A DNA stretch of 64,000 nt from Podarcis pityusensis (GCA_964106645.2 OZ067038.1); one strand, 5' to 3'. Positions 38,108 to 50,979 are shown, counted from the first letter of the stretch. Numbers and translations are program-made. Notes: generated by a model from the sequence alone, not told the origin.

Positions 38108-38945
38108 TGGTGAACATGTTTCACAAAAAACTATTCTTGCTTATGGGTTGTTTGTTGTTTTGCTTTTGAACTGAATGATACCAATAAAGTTAATGAAGGT
38201 TTCAAACCTCTTCCCACTCTCATCTTTTTAGGAATTTATATCTTAACGTTTAAACCCTGAATATCAGGAGTCCTGTTGTTACAGCAAACTTGATTTTGCG
38301 TTAAGTTTCGCATTGTTGAAATATTTATATTCCACTTTAAAAATATACTTGAAACAGCTTATAACTGTAATAAAAATCAGCTGTCTATAATAAATTCATG
38401 TAAATATTAAAATGCAAAAGCAATAAAGTTCTGGCTTATTGGTGCTAATTTGTAAAGAGCTAACCTTTTAGTGTTGCAGCACCTAGCTTTGGAACCCCTT
38501 GCCTACTGATATCAGGCTGTGTTGTTCTAGATGCTGAAAACCTTCCCCCCAGCAAGTCTACTGGGACATATAATGTAGTTGTAAACATTTGCTTTAATTT
38601 TTTTCTATTTTTGTCTGTGCTTTATTGATAATTATCTAAGTAGACATGGTTACAATTGCACTGAAAATCAGTCATCTGCCACTGCAGGCCCCCCATGCAA
38701 GGCCCATGACTTCTGCGATGGGGAAAAAAATCTACTTCCCTGTAATAGGGAAAGAATGTAAATCTGTATTTCTTTGTGAATCAGACATACTCATACCAAA
38801 CAGTTGTTCTGACTTGCAAATAGAGTCCCCTGTGACTTCTGTACTTTTGCCTCTTAATCACTGGAGAAAATAATGGGGACACTTCTATGAATAAACAAAA
38901 GTCACCAATTATTATTATTATTATATAATATAATGTGTAATGGTA

Positions 38946-39290
38946 GGGACGTGGGTGGCACTGTGGGTTAAACCACAGAGCCTAGGACTTGCCAATCAGA
39001 AGGTTGGCGGTTCGAATCCCCGTGACGGGGTGAGCTCCTGTTGTTCGGTTCCTGCTCCTGCCCACCTAGCAGTTCGAAAACACGTCAAAGTGCAAGTAGA
39101 TAAATAGGTACCACTCTGGTGGGAAGGTAAACGGTGTGCTGCTCTGGTTTGCCAGAAGCGGCTTAGTCATGCTGGCCACATGACCCGGAAGCTGTACGCC
39201 GGATCCCTCGGCCAATAAAGCGAGATGAGCGCCACAACCCCAGAGTAGGTCACGACTGGATCTAATGGTCAGGGGTCCCTTTACCTTTAC
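38946..39290 (+). mobile_element. Full-length Sauria SINE (second subfamily)
   Basis: GGGACGTGGGTGGCACTGTGGG head and ACCTTT tail. 15-bp TSD TAATGTGTAATGGTA / TAATGTGTAACGGTA. Confidence 0.95.
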
Positions 39291-41811
39291 TAATGTGTAA
39301 CGGTAAATCTGCTATATAATAAGCTTTGTTGGGAGTCTACACTACACCATGTTGGTTACTGCTGTCTCTGAAAGCTCCTAAAAAGTATTATTCGTACAAA
39401 TGGAGCTATCATCTGAAGTCTTGTGAACTAAGTTTATAGTTCATGAGATATGGTGGGCACCACTATCTGCGCTTGCCAGAAACAATTGAAGACATTTTTG
39501 TTCCAATGGGCTTTACCAGTGGGATGAACAGTTCTCTGCACTGGGTGTCTACTTTGAATTGTTTTAGACACATATTTGCTGTTTCCTGTGCTGTTTTTCA
39601 GCTGTATGTGGTGCATATATGTGGGGGGTGATGAATAAATAAAATCTAATGGTACAGCTTCAGAGCTACAGTGGTGCTAACTGGAAATAAATCATTTCTG
39701 TTCTTGCACTGATCACATGAGTATATTTTCACTTTTAGGAGGATAATTTTTTTGTGAATCCTTCCTCCCTGAGTCAGACTCCTGACTCTGCTTCATAAGC
39801 ATTTTAGAGCTGCCTGCTGAACTTCCTTTGTTCTAGCCTAGGGTTAGGAAGTGACTTTGTAGATCAGTTAGGTAAACTCAGCAGAATCTCTTCCTTGCCC
39901 TTGTCTTAAATGCAGAAATACAGCAGACATGGTTAAACCACCCAAAGGACAGAGAATGAGCAATGTCTGTGGAAAACTGAAGATGGGTAGACAAGTTGTG
40001 CGTTGCAATCTTATACACGGTTACCTGGGATGGAATAAATCCCATTGAACTCAATGGTGCTTACCTATGAGTAGACACATATAGGATTAGATTGTCGATT
40101 GTCCTTTCAGTTTATATATATATATATCATTCAGGTAACTAACCCAAATGTTTCTGAAAGGAAAATTGTTCTTTTTCAAAATTTAGCATTTTTTCTCTCT
40201 GTGTCCTATACATGTTCATGTGGAGATAGGTCCCCCTAATATTTGTCTCAGCATGGTCTTAAACCAGGACTCATGGTTAAGCTCTCTCCTCACTAAACAC
40301 GATCTCTGGCAACAAAAAAACCTAAGCTTAGCTCAGCACAGCAGTAAAAAGGACCAGGGAGGAGCAAAGGGGTGACAAGCTTTGCCTCCATGTTCTCAAG
40401 ATCTTGGTGTGCCATAGTTTGGTTTAGCGTGTCATACAGATCAGATCAGAGAGTCCTACTAAAGTCTGTTGCACAATGATTTCCTTGACCAAGGGGGTCC
40501 AAGTCCAACACTCCACCTTTTGGCCATGATTGGCTCTCATGGTAATTTAAATTAATTAACACATTGAATCCAGATTACTTAATCTTAGGGTGGGAAAGAA
40601 AACTCAATGCTCTTTAGCAGTGATGTGGGTTTTTTTGGGGGGGGGGTGTTGAAAATTTGGCTGTTTTGGTTAAACCACCCAAAGCATGCCCCAGAGAGTG
40701 ATCTAATTTGGCATGCTTATTTTACTTGTTTTTATTAAGCAAAGGTAAGCACTTTGAAACTGCCATGCCTTGCAGTTGGCATTCGTTTATTTTTCCTTGG
40801 AAAAATAAAGCATTCAAAAAAAATTGGACCTACATCTTTGCTGTATGTAGGCATGTTGAAGATTGTGATTTCCTTTTCAATCAGTCACCACTTGTGCATG
40901 GTATGTCAGCACAGCAGTAGAACTGCTAGAACATTTGCAAAGCTAAGCAGAGTCTAGTATGGTTTCAAATTGAATGGGGGTCATGTGTTGAGATTTCTGC
41001 ATTGCAGAGTGTTGGACTAGATGATCCTTGAGGTCCTTTCCAAGTCTTTGTTTCTTCATCAGTTAAATGACCTCAGAATGTATGAGTATCATTATTTCTA
41101 ATTGTATCATTATTTTTCAATCTTGCATTACTAAAAAAAAAAGCACTTGCACCAGAAAACCAAGATAATTTTTGTACACCCTGTTTTTTGGTAAGAGGCA
41201 AGAAGCAAGTACAAGGTGAAAGCTTCAGTCTCTCTAGGCCATGTGCTGTTCAGGCCAATTCCTTGAAAGGGACTGTTGACTGATTGTGGTGAGCTGACAT
41301 TGTCAAAGAACAGCAGCATTGTAGGGCCAATCCAGACACCATGGCTTTCCTGGAAGAATCGTTAGAGCTGTGACTCAACTGGCCCAGATATCCAATGGCT
41401 CCTATTGTGAAGGAATCACCATTTCCAAGCATTTTAAACAGCTAGGCACAGTTGCTGGGAATTATTTCTTCCTCCAGTAAAGTGGTATTATTGCACACTG
41501 TTTGCTTTGGAAATGAGAGTTGGGCTATTGTGCTATTGTCATGGGTACTGGACAGCACATTCCTAAAATCACCCCCCTGTACCCATCTGTGCCATTCTGT
41601 ACCACCACCATTTTTTACTTCTATGTATATATGTATACATACATACATATATATACATATATATATGTACAACAGTGAACAGTAAAGTGTGGATCCTTAT
41701 GAAGCCTAAAGAGCACAAGAGAGAGATAAAGTGTGTTTTGTTCTCATACCAGAAGACTTAAGCCACATTCATTTCGTACCTATGAATGGTGTATCATGAT
41801 TGTTTTTGTTG

Positions 41812-42020
41812 TTTTATTATTTATACCCCACCCATCTTGCTGGGTTTCTCCAGCCACTCTGGGTGGCTTCCAATACATATAAAAGCATAATAAAATGTCA
41901 AACATTAAAAACTTCCCGATACAGGGCTGCCTTCAGATGTCTTCTAAAAGTTGTGTAGTTCTTTATCTCTTTGACACCTGATGGGAGGGCGTTCCACAGA
42001 GAGGATGCCACCGCAGAGAA
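41812..42020 (-). mobile_element. L2 LINE 3' end
   Basis: Encodes FSAVASSLWNALPSGVKEIKNYTTFRRHLKAALYREVF plus a 3'UTR. Same family as 62118-62548. Confidence 0.85.
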
Positions 42021-42259
42021 TACATTGGAGCCAGCCACCACATATGTACAGATGAGTGTGCATGCGCCAATGACAGCCCCAAACTCCTGTTTTTGAAGCT
42101 GAGAAACAGAAAAGGTCGTGCTCACCAGGTGGAGACATCCCCAATCACTCTGAATGACATATACCGTTAGGTCTGAGATTACGTTGCAATTTCTTTCTAG
42201 CAGGGACAGGGACCTTGTGGCCCTTCTAGTGCATCACTGGACTCCGGCTTCCATTAGCC

Positions 42260-42480
42260 CCATGGTTCCCAACGTGGGGGGGGCACACACCCAACGGGGG
42301 GCAATTTGATTTTTAAGGGGGGCAATTTGAGAATGAGTTATTAACAGTGAATGGCATTTTAGGCTTCCTCCAAGTGAATAGGAGTTCACTATTTGACTAA
42401 TAAGAATTATATGGGGGGGGGCCTCAGGATTTTAGAGATGCTTAGGTGGGGCATGGCCAACAAAAGGTTGGCAACCACTG
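42260..42480. mobile_element. hAT MITE nested inside a palindromic MITE (~42200-42572)
   Basis: TIR CCATGGTTCCCAAC / GTTGGCAACCACTG. 8-bp TSD CATTAGCC / CATCAGCC. Confidence 0.75.
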
Positions 42481-42759
42481 CATCAGCCGGAGCCAGCAAA
42501 GCCCAGTGGTCAGGAATGATGGGAGCTGGAGTCCAGCAAATCATCTGGAGGGCAGCACCTCGACGACCCCCTACAGTTTAAGCCTGACCTTGGTGACAAT
42601 GTTCTGCTCCCCTCTGCAGGGCTGGCGGTGTCTGGCTGTGCTTACTCAGCGGGGAATGAAAGAAAGGTTATTCCACACGCTCATCACGAATGTAGGTTTT
42701 CCTACACTCCCTGCTGACAGAGACAGCGCTCCCATTCAGCCCCACACCTGAGGCAGCCG

Positions 42760-43500
42760 CAAGGAGGGTGGGGGGCGCGCGCCTGGTCCCCCCCCCTCCA
42801 CCTTTCGCGGCGCTGCGTTCCGGGAACAGCCGCTTGCCTCCCAGGGTCAGGGCTTCGCCGGCGCGCTGAGGAAACGCGCGCCCAGCCGCAGGGTAGCTAG
42901 GCGCTTTCCACTGGGGGCCAGACTTTTTCGCCGCCTCCTTCTAAGGTAAGGCCGGCTGCTCCCCGCGCAGGACTCCTGCCCAGCCTGCTCACCAACAGAG
43001 CCAGCGGAGGGAAAGGTGGGGAAGGCCGCCTGCCTTTATATGGGCATGCTCGCACGCTTGGGCCCACGTGGGAAAGTGACGTCACGGAGCTGGAAAAGAT
43101 GCCCCGAGGCTTCCTGTGGTGGTGGTGGTGCCGCCAGGCTCGCTTCGGGCGGGTTGGGAGACCTTCCCGCACGCCCAGCTGGCCGCCTTCACAGGTCACA
43201 GTTCCCCGGGCTTGCCGTGGGCAGATGCACCTGGGGGGGGTGGAGGCAAATCGACTCCTCCCAGGATCCCCGCCCCTCCCATCCCAGCCCTGGTTTCTTC
43301 TTTACGCGCCTAGAGCAGGTCGGTGCGGGTGCTGCTCTCCTCTAGGCGCGTGAGTCAGCCAGACGCGCCGGGAAGTATGTGGAGTCCGGGGAGTTTTAAG
43401 GGGGCAAAATGAAAGTCTGGCCAAAATATAAAAAGCGAGGGGAGGGGGAAGGCCGGCGAGCCCCACTGAGCTCTCTTGAAAGAACTTGGCAGCCAGGCTG
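42760..43500. promoter_or_regulatory. Orphan CpG island with promoter/enhancer motifs, ~8 kb upstream of ACTN1
   Basis: Non-repetitive CpG-rich block. TTCCGGGAA 42818, CCTTTATATGG 43033, CACGTG 43065, CGTGGGAA 43067, TGACGTCA 43077, TGAGTCAGC 43351, GGAAGT 43371, TATAAAA 43427. Confidence 0.7.
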
Positions 43501-44028
43501 AGGAGCGACTAGTGTTTCCTTCTGGTAGTGTGGCTGCGGTTTTAATAAAATTGTCATGGTTAAGGGGGTTGCCAAGAGCTTTGCTTGGTACAGCCAAGGC
43601 GGTCTATATACCAGTGTTTCCCAAATTTGGGTCTCCAGCTATTTTCGGACTACAGTTCCCATCATTCCTGCCCACTGATCTTGCTAGCTAGGGATGATCG
43701 CCATTCTCAGTAGTCCTCTGTTGCACTCTTCAGTGTCTTTGCCTCGCTGGGATGTCCCCTTAAAGTCCGATAATGCCTCCTTTGCCTGGATGGAGGACCC
43801 AAAGGCTGCATGTGTGGAAAGAAACTAGCCTATGGAACACCCACTTTTCCCTCTGGCCTTGCTCATACTAATATGTGCCCCCTGGGGGTTGTGGGCTGGG
43901 GAGAGGGTACAGCCTGGAAAGAGTCCTGAGGACTAGACAGAGATGCTTGGAGGGCCACATTTGGCCCCTGGGCCTGAGGAACTCCGCCTGGTTTAAACCT
44001 CTGGTTTAAAGCACTAAAAAGCTTGGAT

Positions 44029-44135
44029 CCCTTTCCTGGCCAGGCCAGGTCGGACCTACTTGGAAATGCCAGGGATTGACTTTGGGACCTTCTGCATGCA
44101 AAGCAGATGCTCTCCAGTGAGCTATGGTCCTTCTC
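44029..44135 (-). mobile_element. tRNA-derived SINE 5' part
   Basis: Reverse complement gagaaggaccatagctcactggagagcatctgctttgcatgcagaaggtccc. Same family as 35855. Confidence 0.65.
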
Positions 44136-46094
44136 TAATTACTGGGAGCAGTGCCGTCTTAAGCATATTCAACGCCGTGGCGGCAGATAGAGGCTCCGGG
44201 CACGGCACTGCTTCATCACGGCATGGCAGAGGCGGGCATGGGCGGTGAGCTGATGCCAGGAGGTGCAGTGTCCAGCCTCCGCCTCCTCCCTGGCGCCCTC
44301 CAAAACTTGGCGCCCTGTGCCACTAGCCGCTATGGGTAAGACATTGCTCTCTTGACCCCTTACATTGGGCATTCTGCTGGCCCAGCCCATGGGTGTACTT
44401 GCCTGGGTGTGGCTTTCCTTGTGCAGACAGCCCACAGCAATGCATAGATGTCAGGGTCAACTGCATTCCTGATTCCTGAAGGGGGCTTTTGTCTGTGTCC
44501 CTATTAACATGCAGAGTGCTTTGCATTCCTTATCTAGTCTTCAAGGCACACATGCCTGCTGAATTGCTGGTATTTCCATTTTACAGAAGGGAAACTAAGG
44601 CTGAAAGAGAGCCAGCCAGAGCTGGTGTATTGTACTAAAAAGATGAGGTGTGAACGGGGAAATACACTGACCTGTTCTGGTAACCATAGGTAAGCATGTA
44701 AAGGCAATTCCCCATTTGCGCAGGGGTTGCATTCCAAGGCACTGCATGCATCAGCAGGATGCGCATAGGCACAACCTGCCCCATTCCACCCCTTGCGGTG
44801 CTGAAAATGGTGTGCATGTGCCAGTCACATGCAAATGGGAGGCTGCCTGCCTTTCCTCAGATCGTTTCAAATCCCATATGCAATATAATGACAATCATAA
44901 GGATTTATTTAGAGAACCATTGTAAGGATTAGTAAAAATAATTTATATTAAAATCTTTGTACACTAAATGTTATTATTACTCATTAAAAGTGAATGAGTT
45001 CATAGCAGAGTTGGGGATCTAAATTCAGTTTTCTCAAGTCTCTGCTGACTCCTGAGCTCAAATGTTCAAACACAGGAGAAAATTGCTTGTTTCCTCAAAT
45101 ATAAAAAACACACTTTTCACAAAGCATTTCATTTTTTAAAAAGTTATTTTACCTTGAGCTTTTGTGGAACGCTGAGAGTAATTTACACTGTTTTAAACAC
45201 CTTTGGAATTGACTCGTGATGTTTGTTATTACCGTAACTCCTCTCCAAACTCAACACATCATTGAGAGTAATAAGGAACAGTTCCCACATGTAATAACAG
45301 TTTTTGTCAGTTTCCTTCAAGCTTGAAATGATGAAGTGCATTGGTAGCATTTGCTGCTTAGCTTTTACAGGTGGTTTGAATATATGGTTTGTTTTCAAAA
45401 TAAGTCCTTGAAATCTGATAGAAATTATCAAATTGAGATATAGTATGTTACTTTTTACTTGATATCTTATACTGATGCCACTAATGCAGAAATATAGTTG
45501 CTGCAAATACACCTGATAGTGGTGGAGAACCCACAACCAATACCGTCTCCAGGGAAATCAAGAGAACAGATATTCCCATTACTTTACCAGCCTACAGCTT
45601 TCTATGTGAAGCAGCTGTAATTTACTTCCTCTTTTTTTTTCCCCTCCCAGAAGAGAGAAATTCCCCATCAGTAATAGTCAACGTCATTCTATGCAATTGG
45701 AATCATCTGGTAGCCAGAGAGCAGAAGACCTGGCCACTCTAGGAGACAGGCTGCAGATACAGAATTTCATGCCCTGGGCCACTTGATACAGTATGTAGCA
45801 ATTTTGATCTTATCAGGATAAAAGGCCTCAGCCTGCAGTTGCTTGATCTCTGATGCCTTTCTGTAACAACTGAGGGTGACTGAGACCCCATGAGCACAGC
45901 TGAATGCAAAATTCCTGAGGCTGTTTCAACAGAAGAAATACCATGTTTTTCATCTCAAAGTTTAAAAACAAGACAGTCTGTCTTCTCTACAGTATGTATT
46001 GCCTTACAGGAGTTGAGATGTGTATGTTTTTGTATCTAACAAGTACTTCCTTAGTGAAATGTTCCTTTTTTATATGCAATTTAGCATGGTTCCC

Positions 46095-46096
<2 letters not shown>

Positions 46097-46130
<34 letters not shown>
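46097..46130. repeat. (AG)17 microsatellite
   Basis: Direct reading. Confidence 0.95.
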
Positions 46131-46132
<2 letters not shown>

Positions 46133-46257
46133 AAATTCTTCCATTCCTAATCTAGAACAAATTATCATTTTTGCCAACTAGTACAAACTCCAAGCAACTA
46201 CTACACTCCTCACACATGCCTATGGTTGTGTTGTACTACTTCAACCAGTGTACTACT

Positions 46258-46486
46258 GGTTATGTACTTAATTCGTTCCAGAGGTCCATTCTTAACCTGA
46301 AACTGTTCATAACCTGAAGCACCATTTTAGCTAATGTGGCCTCCCGCTGCTGCCACGCCGCTGGAGCACAATTTCTGTTCTCATCCTGAAGCAAAGTTCT
46401 TAACCTGAGGTATTATTTCTGGGTTAGCGGAGTCTGTAACCTGAAGCATATGTAACCTGAAGCGTATGTAACCCGAGGTACCACTG
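46258..46486. mobile_element. Tc1/mariner MITE with damaged left TIR
   Basis: Near-identical to 63302-63544. Right TIR TAACCCGAGGTACCACTG followed by TA is intact. Confidence 0.9.
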
Positions 46487-47100
46487 TACATGGAGAAGAA
46501 AGTATTGCATAGGAAGGTAACAATGAGGTAGAACTGCACAAAATCCTAAACTGGGCCTGCTGTTTATGTGACCTCAGGGTGCTTCTATAGCTTTACTAGT
46601 GTTTCCTTTATAACAATAGTAGTCTCATGAGTAGCAGAGCTATTTAAAGCCCCAAAAGATACTAGTGGAAACTAATGTAGACTTTGTCAGGTGAGATAAT
46701 ATCTGCTGTGTACAAATTAATTTGGGGCGGGGTGGGAGGGCTACTCTTATTGGATTGGCTCCAGCCATATGCCTCTCTTGTCAGCTGTCAGTGGCCATCT
46801 ACCTGCTGCCTGAATGTCCTTCTTGGTTACATGTACATCTAGCAGCTGCTGATGCACAGTTATTGGGACTTGATTCATCATTTAAACAATTTATGGTAGT
46901 GAAATATGAAGCTAAGATCACAAAGTGGAGGTTGCCACTCAACATCAAGAACAGGACACACCATGTAACATTCAGGAAAATTACTCTGTTCCTGAGATGG
47001 ATGCTTGATAAAACACTAAAATAAATATACTGTTCAACACTTAAATGGATTTTGTATCATTTTTGGCAGCAGATGCATATAATCACCACTTTCAGAATTT

Positions 47101-47240
47101 TCATGCTGGCCATATGACCCAGAAAAGCTGTTTGCAGACAAACACTGGCTCCCTCGGCCTGAAAGCAGAGATGAGCGCCACACCCCACAGTTGACTTCAA
47201 CTGGACTTAATTGTCCAGGGGTCTTTTACCTTACCTTACC
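47101..47240 (+). mobile_element. 5'-truncated Sauria SINE
   Basis: catgctggccatatgaccc...ggctccctcggcc...gagatgagcgccac...caggggtc followed by an (ACCTT)n tail. Confidence 0.8.
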
Positions 47241-49789
47241 TAGTTAGGGAACCTGCATCCATAAGCCATTATAATTCAGTTTTACTTAATTTTCCATTAT
47301 AAGTAGTGCAATTAGTCTAAGCTCCTGCTCTCAAGCACACTTACTAAAATCAAATTTAATTGAAATAAGCGCAAGCTCATATTCATGTACAAATATGCTT
47401 CTATTTCATAATACACGAATTATCCACACTCACTCGTAGTCCCCCCCCACCAGCCTTAGGAAATAAATGCTTGGGGTCACTATTGATGCAGTTTAAAAAT
47501 ACATACAATGTGCAGAGAAATATGAACCTATCAGTATGAATCTATAACATGAACATTGCTCCTGGGGCTCCACTTGCTTCTAGATCAGGGCCAGAGAACC
47601 TGTGGCCCTCCAGATGTGGTTGGACTTCCAGCAGCCCCAGATAGCCTGGCCAGTGGTCAGTGATTATGAAAGCTGTCATTCAGCAAGACCCAGAGAATCA
47701 CAGTGGGGAGTGCGCTGTTGTGCTCAGGTCCTTGTTTGTGGGTTTCTCATGGGCATGGGTGTTGCACTAGGATTTTGCACTAGGTGGCCTGATCCATCAA
47801 GGCTCTACTCTTCATAGGTCAGTGGCTTTTCCCTTTTGCCTAAGCTACTATAATATACCAGTACAGGATAGTGTAGAAAAGAATAGAACTGCTGCAGGGG
47901 GCGGGAGAATTGCATACAGAGTGATTCAAGGTATGTTCCACAAAGGCAACAAATTGTTGTGCAGAAAGAACAACAATGTGATACTGTTGCTTTCAGACTC
48001 ATTGTTAAGCTTCACCTTAGCACTTTGTTAAGCTCCTTCCAGCAAGTTCTAACAAGACAGTTGTGCCGAGGGACTGAATTCCCTGTTTATGGAACATAAA
48101 TCTGTCCTCCCCTTCGGTGTCCAAAGTAAGGGTGGGAAGTTAAGAAGCAGTGTTTCCAGACAATCAGTGTGGAAAACACATCGCAGAGTCTCTCAAGCAC
48201 AAACCCCAGCTTCACTCCCACTCCTCCTTTCTCTCATGTTAGCCCCCGCTTGACCAGGAGCACCTAGGCTGTCATCTTGCTTTAGTTTTCACCTCAAGCA
48301 GTTGCGACCCCAGGAATGTCCACTGTGCTGCACTGCCAAATCTAGTTTAAAGGACTGCAGAGTTCTCTTGCAGAATTATGCACTCCCCCAGTGGTGTTGC
48401 CAGAGGGAAGCAGCCTGCAACCCACCAAGACAAAATAGGAGGCAAGGAAACTTCCTCCTCTGTGCTATACATGCAGCTGCTACATTGGAAGGGAGGGGAC
48501 ACAAACACACACACAGAAGGGCAGTCCATCCTATTTCACAGCCTGAGGCAAAACAGGAAGGTGCTGCTGCTGCCCTGTGCATGTGCTGCCTGCCCACTTT
48601 GTTGCCCCCTACCAAAACGTTGCTTGCTGGGGTCACACAACTTCCAGGTTCTGGTGAGATCTCACAGACACCTCTGCATGGTTTTGCTGAAATATTAGCA
48701 CATAGAGATAGGTGAGCCAGCTGTATAGTGCAGTTGGATCACCTCCTGGAAATGTAGTTTCAGTTTATGTCTTATGCAATTGTGGAAGGGACAGGTATTT
48801 ATCCTCCGAGTTCACATTTGTCCTTCTGGAAGGCAGTGGCAGAGCTTCATGCTCTGGCATTGGGGGGGGCGGAGAGCAGGTGGGAGCGGGGCTGGTGTGC
48901 GTCCTGGGGACATGGCGTGGCGTGCCGCCTTTGGGGGCGTGATGCCCAGAACAGGCGAGGGGGGCCGCGATGGCACCCCACCGGGATTGCACTGCCAGGG
49001 GCAGTGCACTCCCCCCGCACTCCTCTTCCTCTGCCAGTGCTGGAAGGATGACCTTGTTTAAGAGACGGGAGACTCAGGTTCAAATTGCCATGAAGTTCAC
49101 TGAGTAACTTTGGATGTGTCATTAAATCTGAATCTGACATACCTCACAGGGCTGTTTTGTGGGTGAAGGCAGTAGGCCGAGAACCAGCTGTGATTTCTCA
49201 GCTCCTTTAAGGAAGGGTAAGATATATATATGTACTAATAAGTAAATTATAAATTCTGAAGCACATCTGCAGAAGTTGAAGTGCAGTCTTCCTGAGAGTA
49301 AGTACACAGGATCAATTGACTTGTATTTCACAGGCTTACTTGTGCAAAGTAGATATGAACAAAACATGAAACTCTGTAATTTTCTATGTGACAAGTTCTC
49401 CTGGTTATAAAAGTTTTGGTTAAATTAATGTACACAGTGTTAGTCATACTCAGAGTAGACAAACTGAAATTAATAGACATGACTTTGGTCCACTGATTTC
49501 AGTAATCCTGCTCTGAGTAAAACCTAGTTGGATACAATCCATCTTTTTAAGCTTCTACAATTTGTCAAGTTAAACAGCAGCAAAATAAAATATGCAATTT
49601 CCTATAGGGAATTCGTTACTTGCAATAATTGATAATAAGCCACAGCATTGCATAAAATCAGAATATGACTAGGCATGGTTGGTGTAGAAAGCAGCACTCC
49701 AACCCCTCATAGACTAGAACTAACTTGGGGTCACTCAGTGCAGTTGGTTAGCAGTGGATTCAGGAGAACAAACTCAAGGAAGTACATAC

Positions 49790-50030
49790 GAAATTGGCTG
49801 CCACACCATGTCACAATGGCACCTAGATGGCTTTTTAAAAGGAACTAGACAAATTCATGCCGGATATGTCTTTCTACTGCCACAAGGCATGAGAATGAGT
49901 AAGAACCTTCAGGGTTGGGTGCAGCAGATTTCACAGATCCAGATGCTTGGGAACATACCAAGAAGGAGGCCTCTAGTAATCCTCCTCATGCCTTGTTTGT
50001 GAGCTTCCAGAGTCATCTAAATTGGTTCCA
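49790..50030 (+). mobile_element. Degenerate CR1 3' fragment
   Basis: tggcacctagatggctttttaaaaggaactagacaaattcatg (ORF2 end, ..DGFKKELDKFM-like) followed by CR1-like 3'UTR. Confidence 0.55.
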
Positions 50031-50979
50031 GGGCATGGATAGGGAGCCTATGGGCTCGTAATTCCCACAGGACCACAGCTAAAAAAGTTACTGCAGCTTC
50101 CATCACCTGGAGTTGTGGTGCATGTGTATAGCCAAGATTTTTTGGGGGGGCAGGACTTTTGTTAGGGGAGGGGCAGAACTGATGTGATTGGTCAGTTAGT
50201 TAAGTATTTCAATTGTTTTGCTTGATCTAGGGGGGCAGCTGCCCTCCCCCGCTATGCCCATGGTTGGGGGGGGGGGAGCTGAGAGTCCTGGCAATATCTG
50301 CATGGCTGTAGGTTCCTCCTCCCTGGCCTAGTCTTGATCCAACAATATTCAAAGTGTCTTGCCTTTTGGATTGGAAACTCTCACAAAGTATTTCTCACAA
50401 ACCCTTTTAATATGTTGCTATCCTAAAATAACAGTATTCTGAAAAGGATGAAATGCCCTTCAGAAATTCTGTCCTTGCAGAGATCGAAGTTTTAGTGGGT
50501 AAGCATTTAGTAAATTCAAATGTTGCTTTCGAAATTTTGCTACTAGATTCCGTTCAAATTTGGCAATCTACTGAATATGCTGGGTTCCTTCCCCTCAAAA
50601 AATAAAACAAATCACAAGCCTTTATTTTTATTTTTTAAGAGCTGTAGGTGTGAAGTGTTTGTAGGCAACCAGAAGCAAATCTCCTCTTAAATTATGAGAG
50701 GGCGGGGAGAGAGCACGTAAAACAAAGGTGGGAACAAACCCCACTTCATTTCAGCTTTGTTTCCCAGTGTCTTCTGCTGCAGGAGCTTCTCACAGACACC
50801 GAACTTCTCGTAACGGTGACTGACTCTATGCTCCACGTAAGAGAAAGGAGGCGCTGAATCCTACCGAGTCCCCTCACATTCCTTGCATTGCTTTGCAACA
50901 CATGACCACGGGCACCAGTAGGTTAAAACCGCATATTTGTCCTCTCAGCAGCTTCTGGGACTAGAACTGTAAAATCTCC

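Noticed and set aside
42897-43353. ORFs in the orphan CpG island as a small protein gene
   Set aside because: GC-driven and mutually overlapping, with no recognisable family. A regulatory or non-coding reading fits better.
43621-43630. Perfect CArG CCAAATTTGG
   Set aside because: It lies within a MITE terminal repeat, so it is not counted as evidence for a regulatory site.
45328-45418. ATGATGA...CTGA as a C/D-box snoRNA
   Set aside because: No terminal stem, intergenic position, and no guide sequence I can recognise.
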